This document shows positions 12,201 through 24,479 of a DNA stretch of 64,000 nucleotides, in pieces. A program made the translations under genes and the position numbers. Within the stretch, counting starts at the first letter, position 1. Every line of letters begins with the position of its first letter. The notes beneath the pieces are model-generated. The model was not told the origin of the DNA. It searched no databases and worked only from the letters and a program-made list of their open reading frames with translations. Origin of the DNA: Vicugna vicugna (taxonomy: Eukaryota); NCBI GenBank assembly GCA_013265495.1, contig MU058009.1, positions 684,001 to 748,000 of the forward strand. The letters are read 5' to 3'.

Positions 12201-14239
12201 GCGGAGAGGAGACTGGGAGCTGAGCTCCAGCTCCCACTTAAAAACTTCTTGAAGTCTAAATTAATTTGGTCCTATCTCACTTACAAGGAAAGTATCTATT
12301 TCACTTGCAGCCAAAGCGAGCGTTTGTTTAACCTCTTGGGGGATAGGCTGTGGCTGCACGTAGACCTTTGCAAGAAGAGGCACGGTTATCCAATTTCCCT
12401 CTAATTGCTCTAACAAGGATGAATTAGGACTCTCATCAGCAGGCCTGAGTGATCAGTTTGGAGTCAGCCATGGGCGGTGAAGCCAGTTATTAAACAAAAC
12501 TACAGTGTTAACTTCTAATAACACACAGTGAGGGCAAATTAAGCAGAAGACAAATATGCCACGTGGGTGACACCGGGAATATGTTCTCTCAACTTTCCGT
12601 CTTAAAGTGATGCTGTTATTGGTGCCATCAAGTTCATTTCCAAGGCATAATAGGGAATTATGTGTTCACTTGGGTTTTCTGTGCAGTTAGAAGGAAGCCA
12701 TCTGACGAGGGAACACGGCATGCTGTTTAAATATCCACTTGGGCTAGCCTTTGCTTTGATATACATTAATTATTCCACTAACATCATATCGGGAGAACTT
12801 ACAGGAAGCCTGGGCAGCACAGATCCCCTGGTAATTTTCCCGGCTGAGGAGGACTGTGGCTACCACTGGCACTGTTGTCCTTGCTCAAAATGTCACTGAT
12901 CTTATCCAAGTTAGCGTGCAATACTTCTCTTGCTACCCAGCTTCTCTTCAGCCGCTACACCCTGTCACTGGCTCCCCGTCTCAAGTGTAAGTTGCAGCAG
13001 ACATGCTGACTCTGGGAAGAGAGGGCTATTGAAAATGCAATTCGAGTTAAATAAATTGATCATCTATCATGAGGGCAGAGGCGGTGACATCCTCATGTTG
13101 CATCAAGATCTCAGAAGCCCACTCTGGTAGAACCTCGTTAATTTGCACTAAGGGCTGTGATCGACTTGACTAATTACTGTGCACTGAGCAGCGTGGATCA
13201 GGGTGTGTGGGAGCAAACACAGTTCAGAAAGCCGGCATCGTGGATCAAACAAACGGACTTTATTGTACAATTAAAAGCCTCCTTGAACACTGACTGGAAT
13301 GGAATCCAATAGCAGAGTAAGTGTTTTAATAGCAATGCTTTCCGGAGTGCGGTCTGGGGACAAGCGCCGAGCCTTGGGGGCCGGCATCTCGGCACGCTAG
13401 ACCTTGCCCAAACGCCCAGTCCCCCTTGACCTTCTGAAAGGACTGGCTGCTTCTGGGCCCCTCTCTTTCAGCCTTTGAGGAAGAGCAGGTGTGCGCCAGC
13501 CTCCTCTGCATTCTGCGTACTCCCCAGTGTCCGTGAATTAATGTGGGAGAACACCTTGAACTTGGCTAAGTCGCGAGTGTACAGGAGGCTCTTCCCTGGA
13601 GTATCTGTTTTGCTTTCCCTCCTCTTTATCTGTTACAGCCCCAGAGACGTGGGACTTTCGCTGTTTGTCTGTTTCGCTCACACCCGCTGGTCATTCACAC
13701 GTGAGCCCGCAGGCGGGTGTTCGGACCCTGCAGTGAGTCCTGCCCCAGAGGTGGCTGTGACGCGGCCGGAAGAGGCTTACTTGGCACTTCAGGTGGGAAA
13801 AGACAGCAGGAGCAGATGAAAATCTTAAGGAGCAAAGATGTTGTTCTCACCTCCAGAACCCTAGCGATAAATGTCGGCGGTAGTCCACTCAGTACCACCA
13901 ACGTCTCGAAATGGATTGCTTCCCCGAAACGTCCCAGCCATCATTTAGCGATGGCTGTCTGCTCTCTCCCTCCACCCCGTGGCCCCTTTGTGGATACACC
14001 CCAGGCTAGGAGCTCGACAGGAGCTAGGCCGTGTTGCACACGAGAAGCCACCCTCTTGACCCTACTCACTTCCTTGTGTGTTCAACTCTTAAACAACCTC
14101 CAGAACTGTGCTGGGCCAAGTACAAGCAGTGGGCAGTGCGCTGCAGCTCGTTGGCAGTGGCTGTGACACCTGCTGGGCTTCCTAGACTCTCGGCCAAGCA
14201 CCATGAGAAGCTGGCAGACTGCGAGGTGGAGAAAATGGG

Positions 14240-14640
14240 ACAGAATTATGCACCCATGTGACTCTGCAGTGCAGAGTATTCATCTCTGCTCTCCTCCTAC
14301 CCCCACAGCTGACTTTGGGTTTGGCCAAGTGACGTGCATCGACCAATGTCATAGGAGAGAATGTGACATGAGCAGAGGCTTTAACTGCGTTTGCATGGCT
14401 TAGCCCGGCCTCCTGATTCCCTGCGATTCACCAGAGGGAAAGCTTTGTTCAAGTAGCTACTGCTTCTTCAGTCTGGGTCCCAGACTGAGAGGCAGGTGAG
14501 TGCACTTGAACTCAGTCCCCGGAAGAGGCACCGCAGCTGACTGTCAGATGCACAAGTGAGGGAAATCCATGTTTGTTGTCGTAAGTGAAACTTTGGGCAT
14601 AGTTACTAGATTCATTGGAATAGCAAACTTTAACCAACAA
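14240..14640 (+). mobile_element. MaLR LTR (MLT1I/J-like)
   Basis: gactttgggtttggccaagtgacgtgc...gagcagaggctttaactgcgtttgcatgg...cttcagtctgggtcccaga...tgtttgttgtcgtaag. Confidence 0.65.
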
Positions 14641-14679
14641 AACCAGACTAATAGAGGAGGACAGCAAAATAAATCAGGT

Positions 14680-14950
14680 ATGTCAGCTGCCCTCAAGGAG
14701 CTTGCAGATGAGTGAGAAAAATTAAAAAAATAACTTTCATAGCAACAATATGAGCTAAAATGGGATAAAGAGAGGCAATACTCTCAGGAGGTGCTTTCCA
14801 GTGGGGGAGTGGGGATGAGTGGGAGGGAAGAGGATACTAGATGGTGGGTGTAGCATTTGAGCTGGGTCTTGAAAGCATGGAGGGATGAGAACATATAGGA
14901 AGGCAAGGAAGAGCACCCCAGGAAGAGGGAACAGCATGAATTCAGGGAAA
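14680..14950 (-). mobile_element. L2 LINE fragment
   Basis: tgccctcaaggagcttgcag...catttgagctgggtcttgaa...ccaggaagagggaacagcatg. Confidence 0.65.
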
Positions 14951-15630
14951 GGTACAAGAGTGAGAAATTCCTGAGAAAGATGTGACTACCAGTTTCATTC
15001 TGGCAAACCCCAAAGAAAAAGACGGTGATCAGTCTAAACCTTCCTTTATGTATAAATGCGATCCTCCTTTGCCATTCAGATTTTCTAAATGAGTTCCCAA
15101 GCTTGAGCCTGAGTCTCATTGAAATGGAGACATGGGGTAGACATGGAGCAACCTGGAAACCTAAGTCGTGTATCTTTAAAGAGAAGTGCGTTTTTCTTGT
15201 CCACGTTGTTCAGTGTATGGAATAGGAAATTCAGCTCAGAAAGCCCCAGAGATGACTCTATCGACTGTCCTTTAAATAGAATTAAAATTGACTCAAGACA
15301 TGTCTGCGAATCTACTGAATTACGTAGTCCACAGTTGAACTGCTGCTGGTCTTGCGGGAGGAAGTTAAGCAGATGAGGAGAGAAGCAGAGAGGAGGCTGC
15401 CGCTGGATGGGGGAGCTCTCTTGCAGAGGGGCTGGAGGGGACCAGCTACGTCAAGTGTGAAACTTTGGTATCGTCCTTGGAGACCTCAGCTGCTCTGCTG
15501 AACTCATGGGGCTGGCTAATTTTCCTTCACTGATGTGAAGAAACACGGCACCCATCACTTTGGATTCTTCCCCTCGGAAGTCAGGAAGCTGTGGTTTGCT
15601 TTAGCCTGGAAGTCTCCAGTGTGTGCCGTT

Positions 15631-15680
15631 GGTGTCCTGGACACATGCCACGGTCGGTGTCCTGGACACATGCCACGGTC
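15631..15680. repeat. Perfect 25-bp tandem duplication
   Basis: ggtgtcctggacacatgccacggtc at 15631-15655 and 15656-15680. Confidence 0.95.
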
Positions 15681-16349
15681 TGTGTCCCGTGCAAGGCCCG
15701 GGGACACAGAGTAAACAAGACGTCGTCTCTGCCGTCACTCACGTACTTTCTCCTCTCCATCATCGTCTTTTTCTGTCCCACCTCCGCTTTCCATCAACAG
15801 GCGTTCATTGAACTCCTCCTCCACGCGGGGCACTCTTCTGGCCTTTGGCGATGCTGGTCACGGCAAACGTCCTGTCCGAGAAGAGCTCAGCCTCCCGGGT
15901 CAGACACAGGTTTGGGCTCCCACACCACGACTTTCATAACAGGGCAGTGATAGATTTAACCTCCTTGCAACGAGCCTTGCCAATCCCTGCCATTGACTGA
16001 AGGCACAGTGGAGAGTGACAGGCCTTCCCCAAATATCCTTTGCAGTGAGAATGGTCACTCCCCTGGGATAGGCTGGAGCCTCTGCCTTATGCTTCTTGAC
16101 AGGAAGAAAGCTCTCACCTTTCCTACCATTGCTGTCATTACTACGAGCTGAGGTAATGGTGTTATTCACGGTCATCCAAGATGGAGAGTGGGGTTTCAGG
16201 GTGGGGTGGGGCAGTTTTCACCTGTGGAGGAGCAGCTATGTATTCTCTGGGTTTCCTGTCTGTAGAGAGAAGGAGAGCTTCACTGAGAGGCTCAGCTGAA
16301 GCACTTCAACACCATACTGTGACATCCACCGAGTTTTCTTCTTATTTTG

Positions 16350-16530
16350 TTCATTTCATTCAACCAATATTTATAGGGTGACTGTCATGGGTGAGGTATG
16401 GTTTCGGGTGTTGGGCATCCAATAGTGAACAAGCCTGTGATCTCACCTGGGCCTCATGAAGCTTACAGTTGCGAGTGACAGAGATTAAACAAGTGACGAT
16501 GTGATAGATCATAAATTACAGCTGGGAAAA
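16350..16530 (-). mobile_element. L2 LINE 3' end
   Basis: tcattcaaccaatatttatagggtg...tagtgaacaag...cctcatgaagcttacagt. Confidence 0.6.
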
Positions 16531-16728
16531 GGGCTAGGATGCTCTGATTTGTGTGGCATTAGGTAGAAATCCAGGCAGTGTCTCCACTCTATGCTTTTCG
16601 CTCCAAGAGGGACGTGACCTGCATGATTGGGTTAGGTTTCTCGGGAAGAGAATTTTGTTGGCATGACACTCCTTTGGAAGAGTCCCTAATAGCTTTTTTT
16701 TAGGTTATATATTGTTCTTTAGAGAGAC

Positions 16729-16734
16729 GTGTGT

Positions 16735-16772
<38 letters not shown>

Positions 16773-16816
16773 TGTGTACATGAGCACGTGTATGCACATG
16801 TGTGCATGTGTATGTG
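16729..16816. repeat. (TG)n microsatellite with degenerate extension
   Basis: Directly visible. Confidence 0.95.
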
Positions 16817-19064
16817 TTCATGCGTTAATTTGGAAGTCTCAGTTTCCTCTTCTATAAAATCAGAGCTAGGCAGACTGGACCTGCTTGTCTTTGCTTCCTT
16901 TTGAGTACCTGAAGATGATGTTCCGGCATCTGTTTATCCCGTAAGCTGATTAGGAGAGCATCTTTGAACATTTAGGGAGTCGGGTGTGGCCTGCCTCCCT
17001 CCACATGGTTGAGGGTGGTACCCAGTGTGTGCACCACGAAACACAACCCCTCCCCACAATTTTCTATGAATCGCAATTGAATGTGATTTCGATGGGAGCT
17101 TGGAACGCGGCGCTAAACTGCTTAGCTGTCTTTGTGCCGCACCGATCTGCTGTCCTCAGTCATAAATAGGCTGCCATTAGCCTCGTTGTTAGAGCTGGGA
17201 AATCTGTGTAATTGCTTAGTAATTTTTTTTAAACTTTGGGATGGCGAGGATGCATGTGTGGCCAGGCAGCGCCCATCTCTCTGCAGGCGGTCTAATGGGT
17301 TCCAGGGGGAGCGTGCCCAGCACCCCTCCAGCCAAGCACCCCGCAAACCCGCCAGTGCTGCCGGCGTGAGTGGCGTCTGAAAGGACCTTTACCATGAGTG
17401 AAATTAGCATGCACCGTCCCTCTGGAGCCTGTTAGCTTTTCGATCCTGACCCCCATGGTGAAAAATAAATGCGTGTAATTTAGTTGGAAAAAATGTCTTT
17501 AGGGCATTTCTACTACTCTTGGTTCTGCTCCATAGGATAGATTTTGTTTTTAATCAAGTTCCCAAATGGCTGTGGCCAAAATGATGTTTTTTATCCTATT
17601 CGGGAGGATAGAAATTGGCAGCAGTCCTGACCTGCCACCCTCGTCAGAGCCCTTACAGTGGCCTTTGGGTTTATGTCACCGCAGCTTCCACACACTCGGG
17701 CCTCTGCTGGTGTCCTTCTGGGTGTGGTCATGAATCTCCATCGAGCTCTGACTGATGAGTGATAGATAACAGCTTGTCAAGACTCAATAGTGCAGAGAAA
17801 TGCTTGGTATTACGAACAAGTTATTTCCAAGAACGCTCAGGTCTGGAGTAGGGACAAGGCTAATGGAACCGGGAGCTTCTGTTCCATTTAGGATACAGCC
17901 CAAGCCTCCATCCTCTGAATTCCTAAAGCGATCGTGCTACGTGTTTAGCGCAGTTTCACTGATGGCCATATGTCAACTCTTTTTAAGTTCTTCTTGGGCG
18001 CTTACAATCTTTAACTGTTGGAATACATGCCTCACTTCAGAGCCGGAGTGATTCTAAGAAACTGTCTACACCTGCCGCCACCCCGTCTTCCTGAGACCCG
18101 GGGTCATCCCATCTATCACAGACAGGGACGTGAAGGATGTCACTTCCATTCCCAACTTTTCATTCTCTTATTAATGCTTTCTCAAATGAGGGGGAAGTGA
18201 TCGAGGAGAGAGGAAATATCAGATGGCAGATGTTAAACAGTTCTGGAATCTCTTTCTTACCCTGGGACAAATCCTTTACTGAATATATTTTCCTTACAAC
18301 TCTCTATGACACTAAGGAAAATTAAAATGTTACCCACCAAGCTGTGATTGTACAGAATCCGTGTTATCCAAGAACTCATTAGCATAGTCGCCAAGATGGC
18401 ACTTATGCACGATGTCTTTGAGAATTTTGTGCAGATTATACCAAAATGGCCTTCTCTGGCTTAGTATTTTATTTTTATGCATTTTATAAATAATTTCATT
18501 ACTTTTCCCCTCTAAACCCCTTTGCCCCATCTGGCCTTTAATGGAGGGAAACAGGGCTAAGATTACAATGCATCCAGATTTATACCCAAATACAATCTAG
18601 TTGCATTTGGAGCCCTAGAGAGTCAGTCAAGGCTATTATTGGCTGCCAGGATTTTTAGAAAATACATAAATCTCCCTTTGTGCCATAAATACATCTCTGC
18701 ATTCAGAGCTCAGAGAGGGACCTCATTATACCACATCCTGAGAGACGGAGACGCACTTCTTATTCCGAGTGACAGGTGCCATGTTCTCTAGAAACATGTA
18801 AAAAGACTGCAAGCTAATTGAATTCCTTTCTCATTTTTTAACCATGGTTGGAATAATTGAAGCTGTGCAAATGATGCTTGCTAGCCTGGAATGCCGCAGT
18901 TTTGCGCTATGTATGCCCAAAGCCCACGATGATTTGGGGATCATGGCTTGGCTGTACGGGTCTTTGATGACATGCCCCTGCTTGTAAATTGCCTGCTGAA
19001 TCTTGAATAAAAGTTTTCTGAGAAGTACATGAGAGCTATGTCTATAAAATGAAAATTATCCAGT

Positions 19065-19405
19065 ATAGGGGGTCTCAGCCATTGGCTTAGGCAGAATTAG
19101 AATTAGAATCACTGGGGGAGCTTTAAAAACTCCTGAGAAACCTGGGCTCCGTGTAATGGATTGCATCTCAAAGGGTCTAAGGTGAGCCCTGAGTTGGTAT
19201 TTGTTACCAAATTTGAGACCCAGTGATCTAGTGCAGTGGCTCTCCAGTTGACTGTGCATCAGACCGTCTTGTTAAAACACAAGGCTGCTGGGCTCTGTCC
19301 CCAGAGATTTTGAATCTTGTACGAGGCGGGATCTGAGAATCCATTTCTGACAAATTTTCCTGTGATGTGGTGCTATGGCTCTGGGGTCCAGACTTTGAGA
19401 ACCAC
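19065..19405. mobile_element. Two adjacent MER5-family elements
   Basis: attagaatcactgggggagctttaaaaa..., then cagtggctctcca...cttgttaaaacaca...ctgagaatccatttctgacaa...actttgagaaccac. Confidence 0.7.
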
Positions 19406-22400
19406 AGACATAGTGGATTCGAATTTTTAAGGCAGACATTCTAGTGTCCGTTTGTACTGAATTATAAATTATCTTGATAATTCCCTACTTTCCACTTTGA
19501 GTTATGTCAACCTGTTCTATTAGTAATGATTCTAATAAAGTAATCGTCATTTTTTCTACAGATGGACTTTCCAGAACATGCCTTCCCACTCTAAATATCA
19601 AAACAAAAACTCAGTCTTCCACATGTCTCTATTTCGTTATGAGCTGGGAAATGCCAGTTACAAATTCTGTACTTTGGGAACACGTATAAATACAATTCTT
19701 ATAAAAGATAAAAACATAAAGATGTCAAAAACAGCCTTTCTGCCTTACCTAGAGCAGAAGAGGTACCCTGCAGAAGAAGATAATTTTCTGAGACCTGAGG
19801 TCAATTCCTTTTGATCCGTCCAGAAACTTGAGAATCAAGTCTTTAATAGGTTGGAAGAACCTGAAACACAGACTCTTCTATGTCACTGTCTTCATTTTCT
19901 TACAGGGTGTTTGCACTTCTCTCTGCCTTTCCTCATTCAGGGATCTGTGTATTGGAGTCACAACCATCAAGGGAACTGTTTCATATCTCAGGGCCTCTTA
20001 ATACCCCTCTGCAGTCCCTCCAGCGCTCTTCATGTGGCCTAGCAGCAGGGGCCTCCAATAATAGACACCCTTTAGCTCAGAATCATAGCCCTGATCAATG
20101 TTGTAATGTTTTCAGGAACTGGAGTCCAGGGGCTATGACTCAAGGATGTTTCGGAATAAAGTAGGCCTCTCTCTACCTGCACCTACTGAAAGGAATTAAA
20201 TGGGGAAGAGATAAGCCTGCATTTGCAAACCATTATAGGGTATCTGGGAGCTGATTCCAATTTAAAACGCTTTGATTATCTTTGAGTTCCTCGACCTACT
20301 TTGCATGGGGATCACAAAGGGAGGCACGTTCTTTGGCATCGAAGTTGTGTTTCTGAGGCTCTCCATTCACGGGCCAGGAAAATGGCCTTGAAATAACTGG
20401 GGAGCCTCACTTGTGGCTGAACGACTCACAGATGAAACGAGATTTGCCATTAGCCACCAACCAACATGAGAGGGTCATCAGGCAGCAAGCGGAGGGTCCA
20501 TGTGGATTTTGGGGTGGTAGGAGAGGGACAGAGGGGCACACACCACTATGGCCAGCACTGCCTTCGCCCGGGCAAACCGGGCCACTTTCAGGCTCCACAC
20601 TTCAGAGCAGCGCTTCTTGAACTTCACTGTGCGTCCAGTTCATCTGGGACATTGGGACGATGCAGTCTGACTCTCCCAGGCCATGTAGCTGATGCTAATC
20701 CATGGACCACTTTCTGAGGAGAGGAGAGTCCTGCCCTTCCCCACGGGGTGAGGGGTCGGTGGTGCCAGGGGACTGTGCACACTTTGAGGCTTCACCCCTT
20801 TGCTAGACCGTTTGTTTTCTGGTTACCCAGGATCTCAAAATTCCCCACTCAAACAGCTTTTAGCTCCCTCACTGCATCTGAAAGGGCCCCTTTTCTCGTC
20901 TTCCCTCCTGAGGATGGGCTGCATCACTGACGTGCGCACCGCTAGGCCTGTGGGGTCCAGGGGAGGCTGTGGGCAGTGGGCGGCGGTGATGCTTGGGCGC
21001 ACACAGACGTGTGTATGAGGCTCCTTGTGTTGTGGGTCAGAGCCAGAGGTGAGAAGGTGCAATACAGGCTTGGTAACCCCCAGTTCTCTCTCTTCCACCA
21101 GGACGCAATGGAGAACTCAGAGGAGGCCCGCAATTCTGAATTCAAAGCTGATCTTTTAAGTCATAGTGAATTATGTTTGTTAAGGTGGGAAAGTAGAACA
21201 GATTTTACTTTGTTGATTATTTGGTTTAAAGCTTTTTAGTATTTAGATGTACACGTGGGTCTCCTCTTTCATGGAGGCAGTCTATTTTGGCTGATACACT
21301 TTGAATCTGTTGTATGTGTGTGAAATTGGCATATCTCTAACTAGTATTTTCCAATTCAGGAAAATAAATTAAACCTAACTGGTATTTTCTGACCTGCACA
21401 CACATCTCACACTTACTGGCAGAAAATAAGCTGCCTCATTTTTTTTTCCCTCATCAAAATCATCTTTCTTAATTGGTCCTTAAGCCTCTTCTCCAAGTCA
21501 CTGCATGATAGACCCTCTTTGTTCAACTGAACCTCATTCTTCATTAGCTTTATTTATTAGAGAATTTGATTCATGTGTAGGCACAACACAAAACGAAGTT
21601 AAGACGCTTGCAAAGGAAAGCGAATCTAGGTCCTTCTGCCTTCTCCAGGAAAAACAAAATAGAGAGAATGGAGCCAGTGAGGTGTCAGGAAAAGCAGGGT
21701 GTGAGGGACGCCCATTCTATGGTTCTTGGCGTTTGCCTTGCTAATCAGATGTGCGTAACCAACAAAGGTAAGCTGACACATTATTATGAACAGAGAACAG
21801 GAAGGACTTCGGCAGAGAACAGCTGGAAAATACCAATAGACCACGTTGAGTTATGTCCCAAACACTTACAGACAGTGCCAACAGCAGAGGACAGGTGGGC
21901 AAGTGTCAAGGAGTTGGCCCCGTGGACAAAAAGGGAGCAGAAGGCGAATCGGGGGACACAGTCACTCTGCAGGAAACGGGAGCTCCCCTTCATCTCACCC
22001 TTAGAGGGCAAACGCCTTGAAGACAAGGTCTGCCTCCCTCTCCTTTTATGTCCTGAAGACTCCATTAGGCTCAGTAAATACTTGCTGAATTGAATTGAAT
22101 AGAGGGTGGAATTTGTCTCAACTTTTTTTCCCCCTCTGGGCTTACTGACAGAGCTAATGCTTCTTCTAAATTCCTCTGAGATCACTCTTTCTAAAGGCAG
22201 TTCCCAGGAGGGAATCAATGGCTCCAGTCCCTGTGGGGCACTGATGATTTCCTAAGGAGTTCGCCAAGCTTCATTGGCATTCTGCTGTGTATTATGCAAG
22301 ATGAGGCTAAGAGAGAGGTCTCATCAAAGGCAAATAAAGCCAGCGTGGGAGATAAGCAGATTGAAAAAAATCCTCTCTCCTACAGTGGCCATACAATAGA

Positions 22401-24444
22401 TTATAGTTGCCCCTCATACGAAATACCCACTGGCACTCCCCCCCAGCTAAACACAGCCCGCCTGCTTTCCCCAGCGCGTGTCCCTATGGCTACAGCTTGT
22501 GTGAGTTACTCAGCAGCATCTTCAGACATTTTTCAATGTCTTTAAGATGCACCAAAAAATAAAGAAGAAGAAGAACAACAAAAAAATTAGGCTGATGCTC
22601 ATCCCAGAATGGTGCTGTTGAGAGCTCCACGAGCTACGGTATCCGACGCCGCTCAGGTTAGAGTCAGGCTTACAGAAAGCTCTCGGCGTCCAACTGCAGG
22701 GGCTCACGCGTGAGAAAGGAGGCGTGTCGTTAACAACTAGACAGGTTGTGCCGGGGCACACCCGTGATGATCGGCTCTGGATATGAGCTGAGTCTCAGCG
22801 CTTTGCTGGTTTATTCACATGGCATGGTTTTTTGTGGTTAGAAAGACAGGGCTAGTTAGCAATTTGATTTAAGTCTTTTCCTGGTGTAGTTCTGCTTGGC
22901 ATCAAGGGATGTAGAAAGGTCACTTTTAATCTGGACTATTTCTAATGCACGTAATGGCATTTTTGGATAATTTAGGTTCCTTTTATCATCACCGTTACTC
23001 TCCCCATACAGTTTGATATAAAACCATCTGAAAACTTCAGGCCAAAACAGCTTAAGATGGATTCCAATATATTAAAATAAAATCTGGCTTCCAGATCTTG
23101 CTTGTCTGTGTTTTAACTGTGCAATTCTTACCGGGCCTGAACTTCAGTTTTCTGATCATAAAATAAGAAGAATAACAAGATCAAACTCATGGGAATGTTT
23201 AAAGAGGACAGAAATAAAATATTGGGTGAGAAAGCATTTTGTAAACTTTGGTAACGTGCTAAAGAAAATGTCAGGTTATTATTGTTAAAAATGACATCTG
23301 TCAGGAACAAGGAAGTCTTTAAAAGCCCTTGATGCTGCTGGAGAAGGGGTTCTACACAAACACACTCCGACCATCAGTTCTTGTGCTTAGGTCAGAAATT
23401 CATCTGATTGATCCCAAGTTTATTTGAGGGGCTCGAACATCCAGCCAATTTCTGCCACTAATTGGTTGATATCGCTGTGCTATGAAGTTTCACACTTTCA
23501 CAGCACTCCTGGCAGGATGAATTCCCCGAATCTGATCAGAATCATTTAGTGAACGTACACACAAAAATGCAAATTGCTGGCAGTGTTTAAAAAAAACAAA
23601 CCCACATTTATTCCAACCTTTGAAGTGACGATTTCTAATAAAAGATGATTCCCTTGGGAAAGCGTGAAGTTTGAAAGTTTAGTTTTGTTTGAATTATTTG
23701 TATGCAGAGATCCCTGTGGGCGAAACAGAAAATAGCTATTTCCCTGCTTGTTATTAGAGGGGAAGAGAGTATATTTTCCATAAATCAAAAGTAACTGATT
23801 ATACATGAGAGCTTTTTTTTTTCTCCAAGTTTGGTCCAGCTCTGGAGTTTTAAACAATTCTCTGCCATTAATTAGCTAATCTATTGAACATCTACTGCTT
23901 TAAGCTTCTAGACAGCAGGGACGGCACATTCTCTGTTTTACAAAATCCTTAAGGATTTTGGTCCAGCACAAGACACCCAGTAGCTGTTCCACAGATATTT
24001 ATTGATGACAATGACAGTAGCAATGATGGCACCAGTTAAGTGGGCATTATTACGAATGAGAGGCCTGGAATCAGGCTGAGCGTGTGACACTGGAAGGCGA
24101 GCTTGGCCTAGGATTCTGCTTTTATCAAAAATAAAGGCAAACTCTTCAAGAAAAGAGGATGCAGGTGTTTCTTAGCTGAGATTGTCAATCGACGAGGCTT
24201 GATTCCTTTAAATAATTGCTTCTGCTGAACTTAGTGTAGAATCAAGTTTATTGAGGGAAGAGGCTGTACAAGTGAGGGTTTGGAGTTTCCAAACTCAATA
24301 CATTTTTGTTGATTGAATTAATCAGTGAGCAAATACTCAGTGTTTGGTCTGTGCCTCCTGTTTCTTCTCCATTCTTCGGCCACCTTCAGGATAATCCATC
24401 AATAACCCGCCCGTGGAAAAGCACCAATGTTGAGCGTTTACTCT

Positions 24445-24479
24445 GTGCGTGTGTGTGTGTGTGTGTGTAAGTGTGTATG
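24445..24479. repeat. (TG)n microsatellite
   Basis: Directly visible. Confidence 0.9.

Noticed and set aside
15631..15688. Palindromic 25-bp direct repeat as a CRISPR array
   Set aside because: Copies are contiguous with no spacers, only two are complete, there are no cas genes, and the context is eukaryotic
16190..16212. G-quadruplex motifs (here and at ~14803-14827)
   Set aside because: These are common in mammalian DNA and neither is tied to a supported promoter or exon
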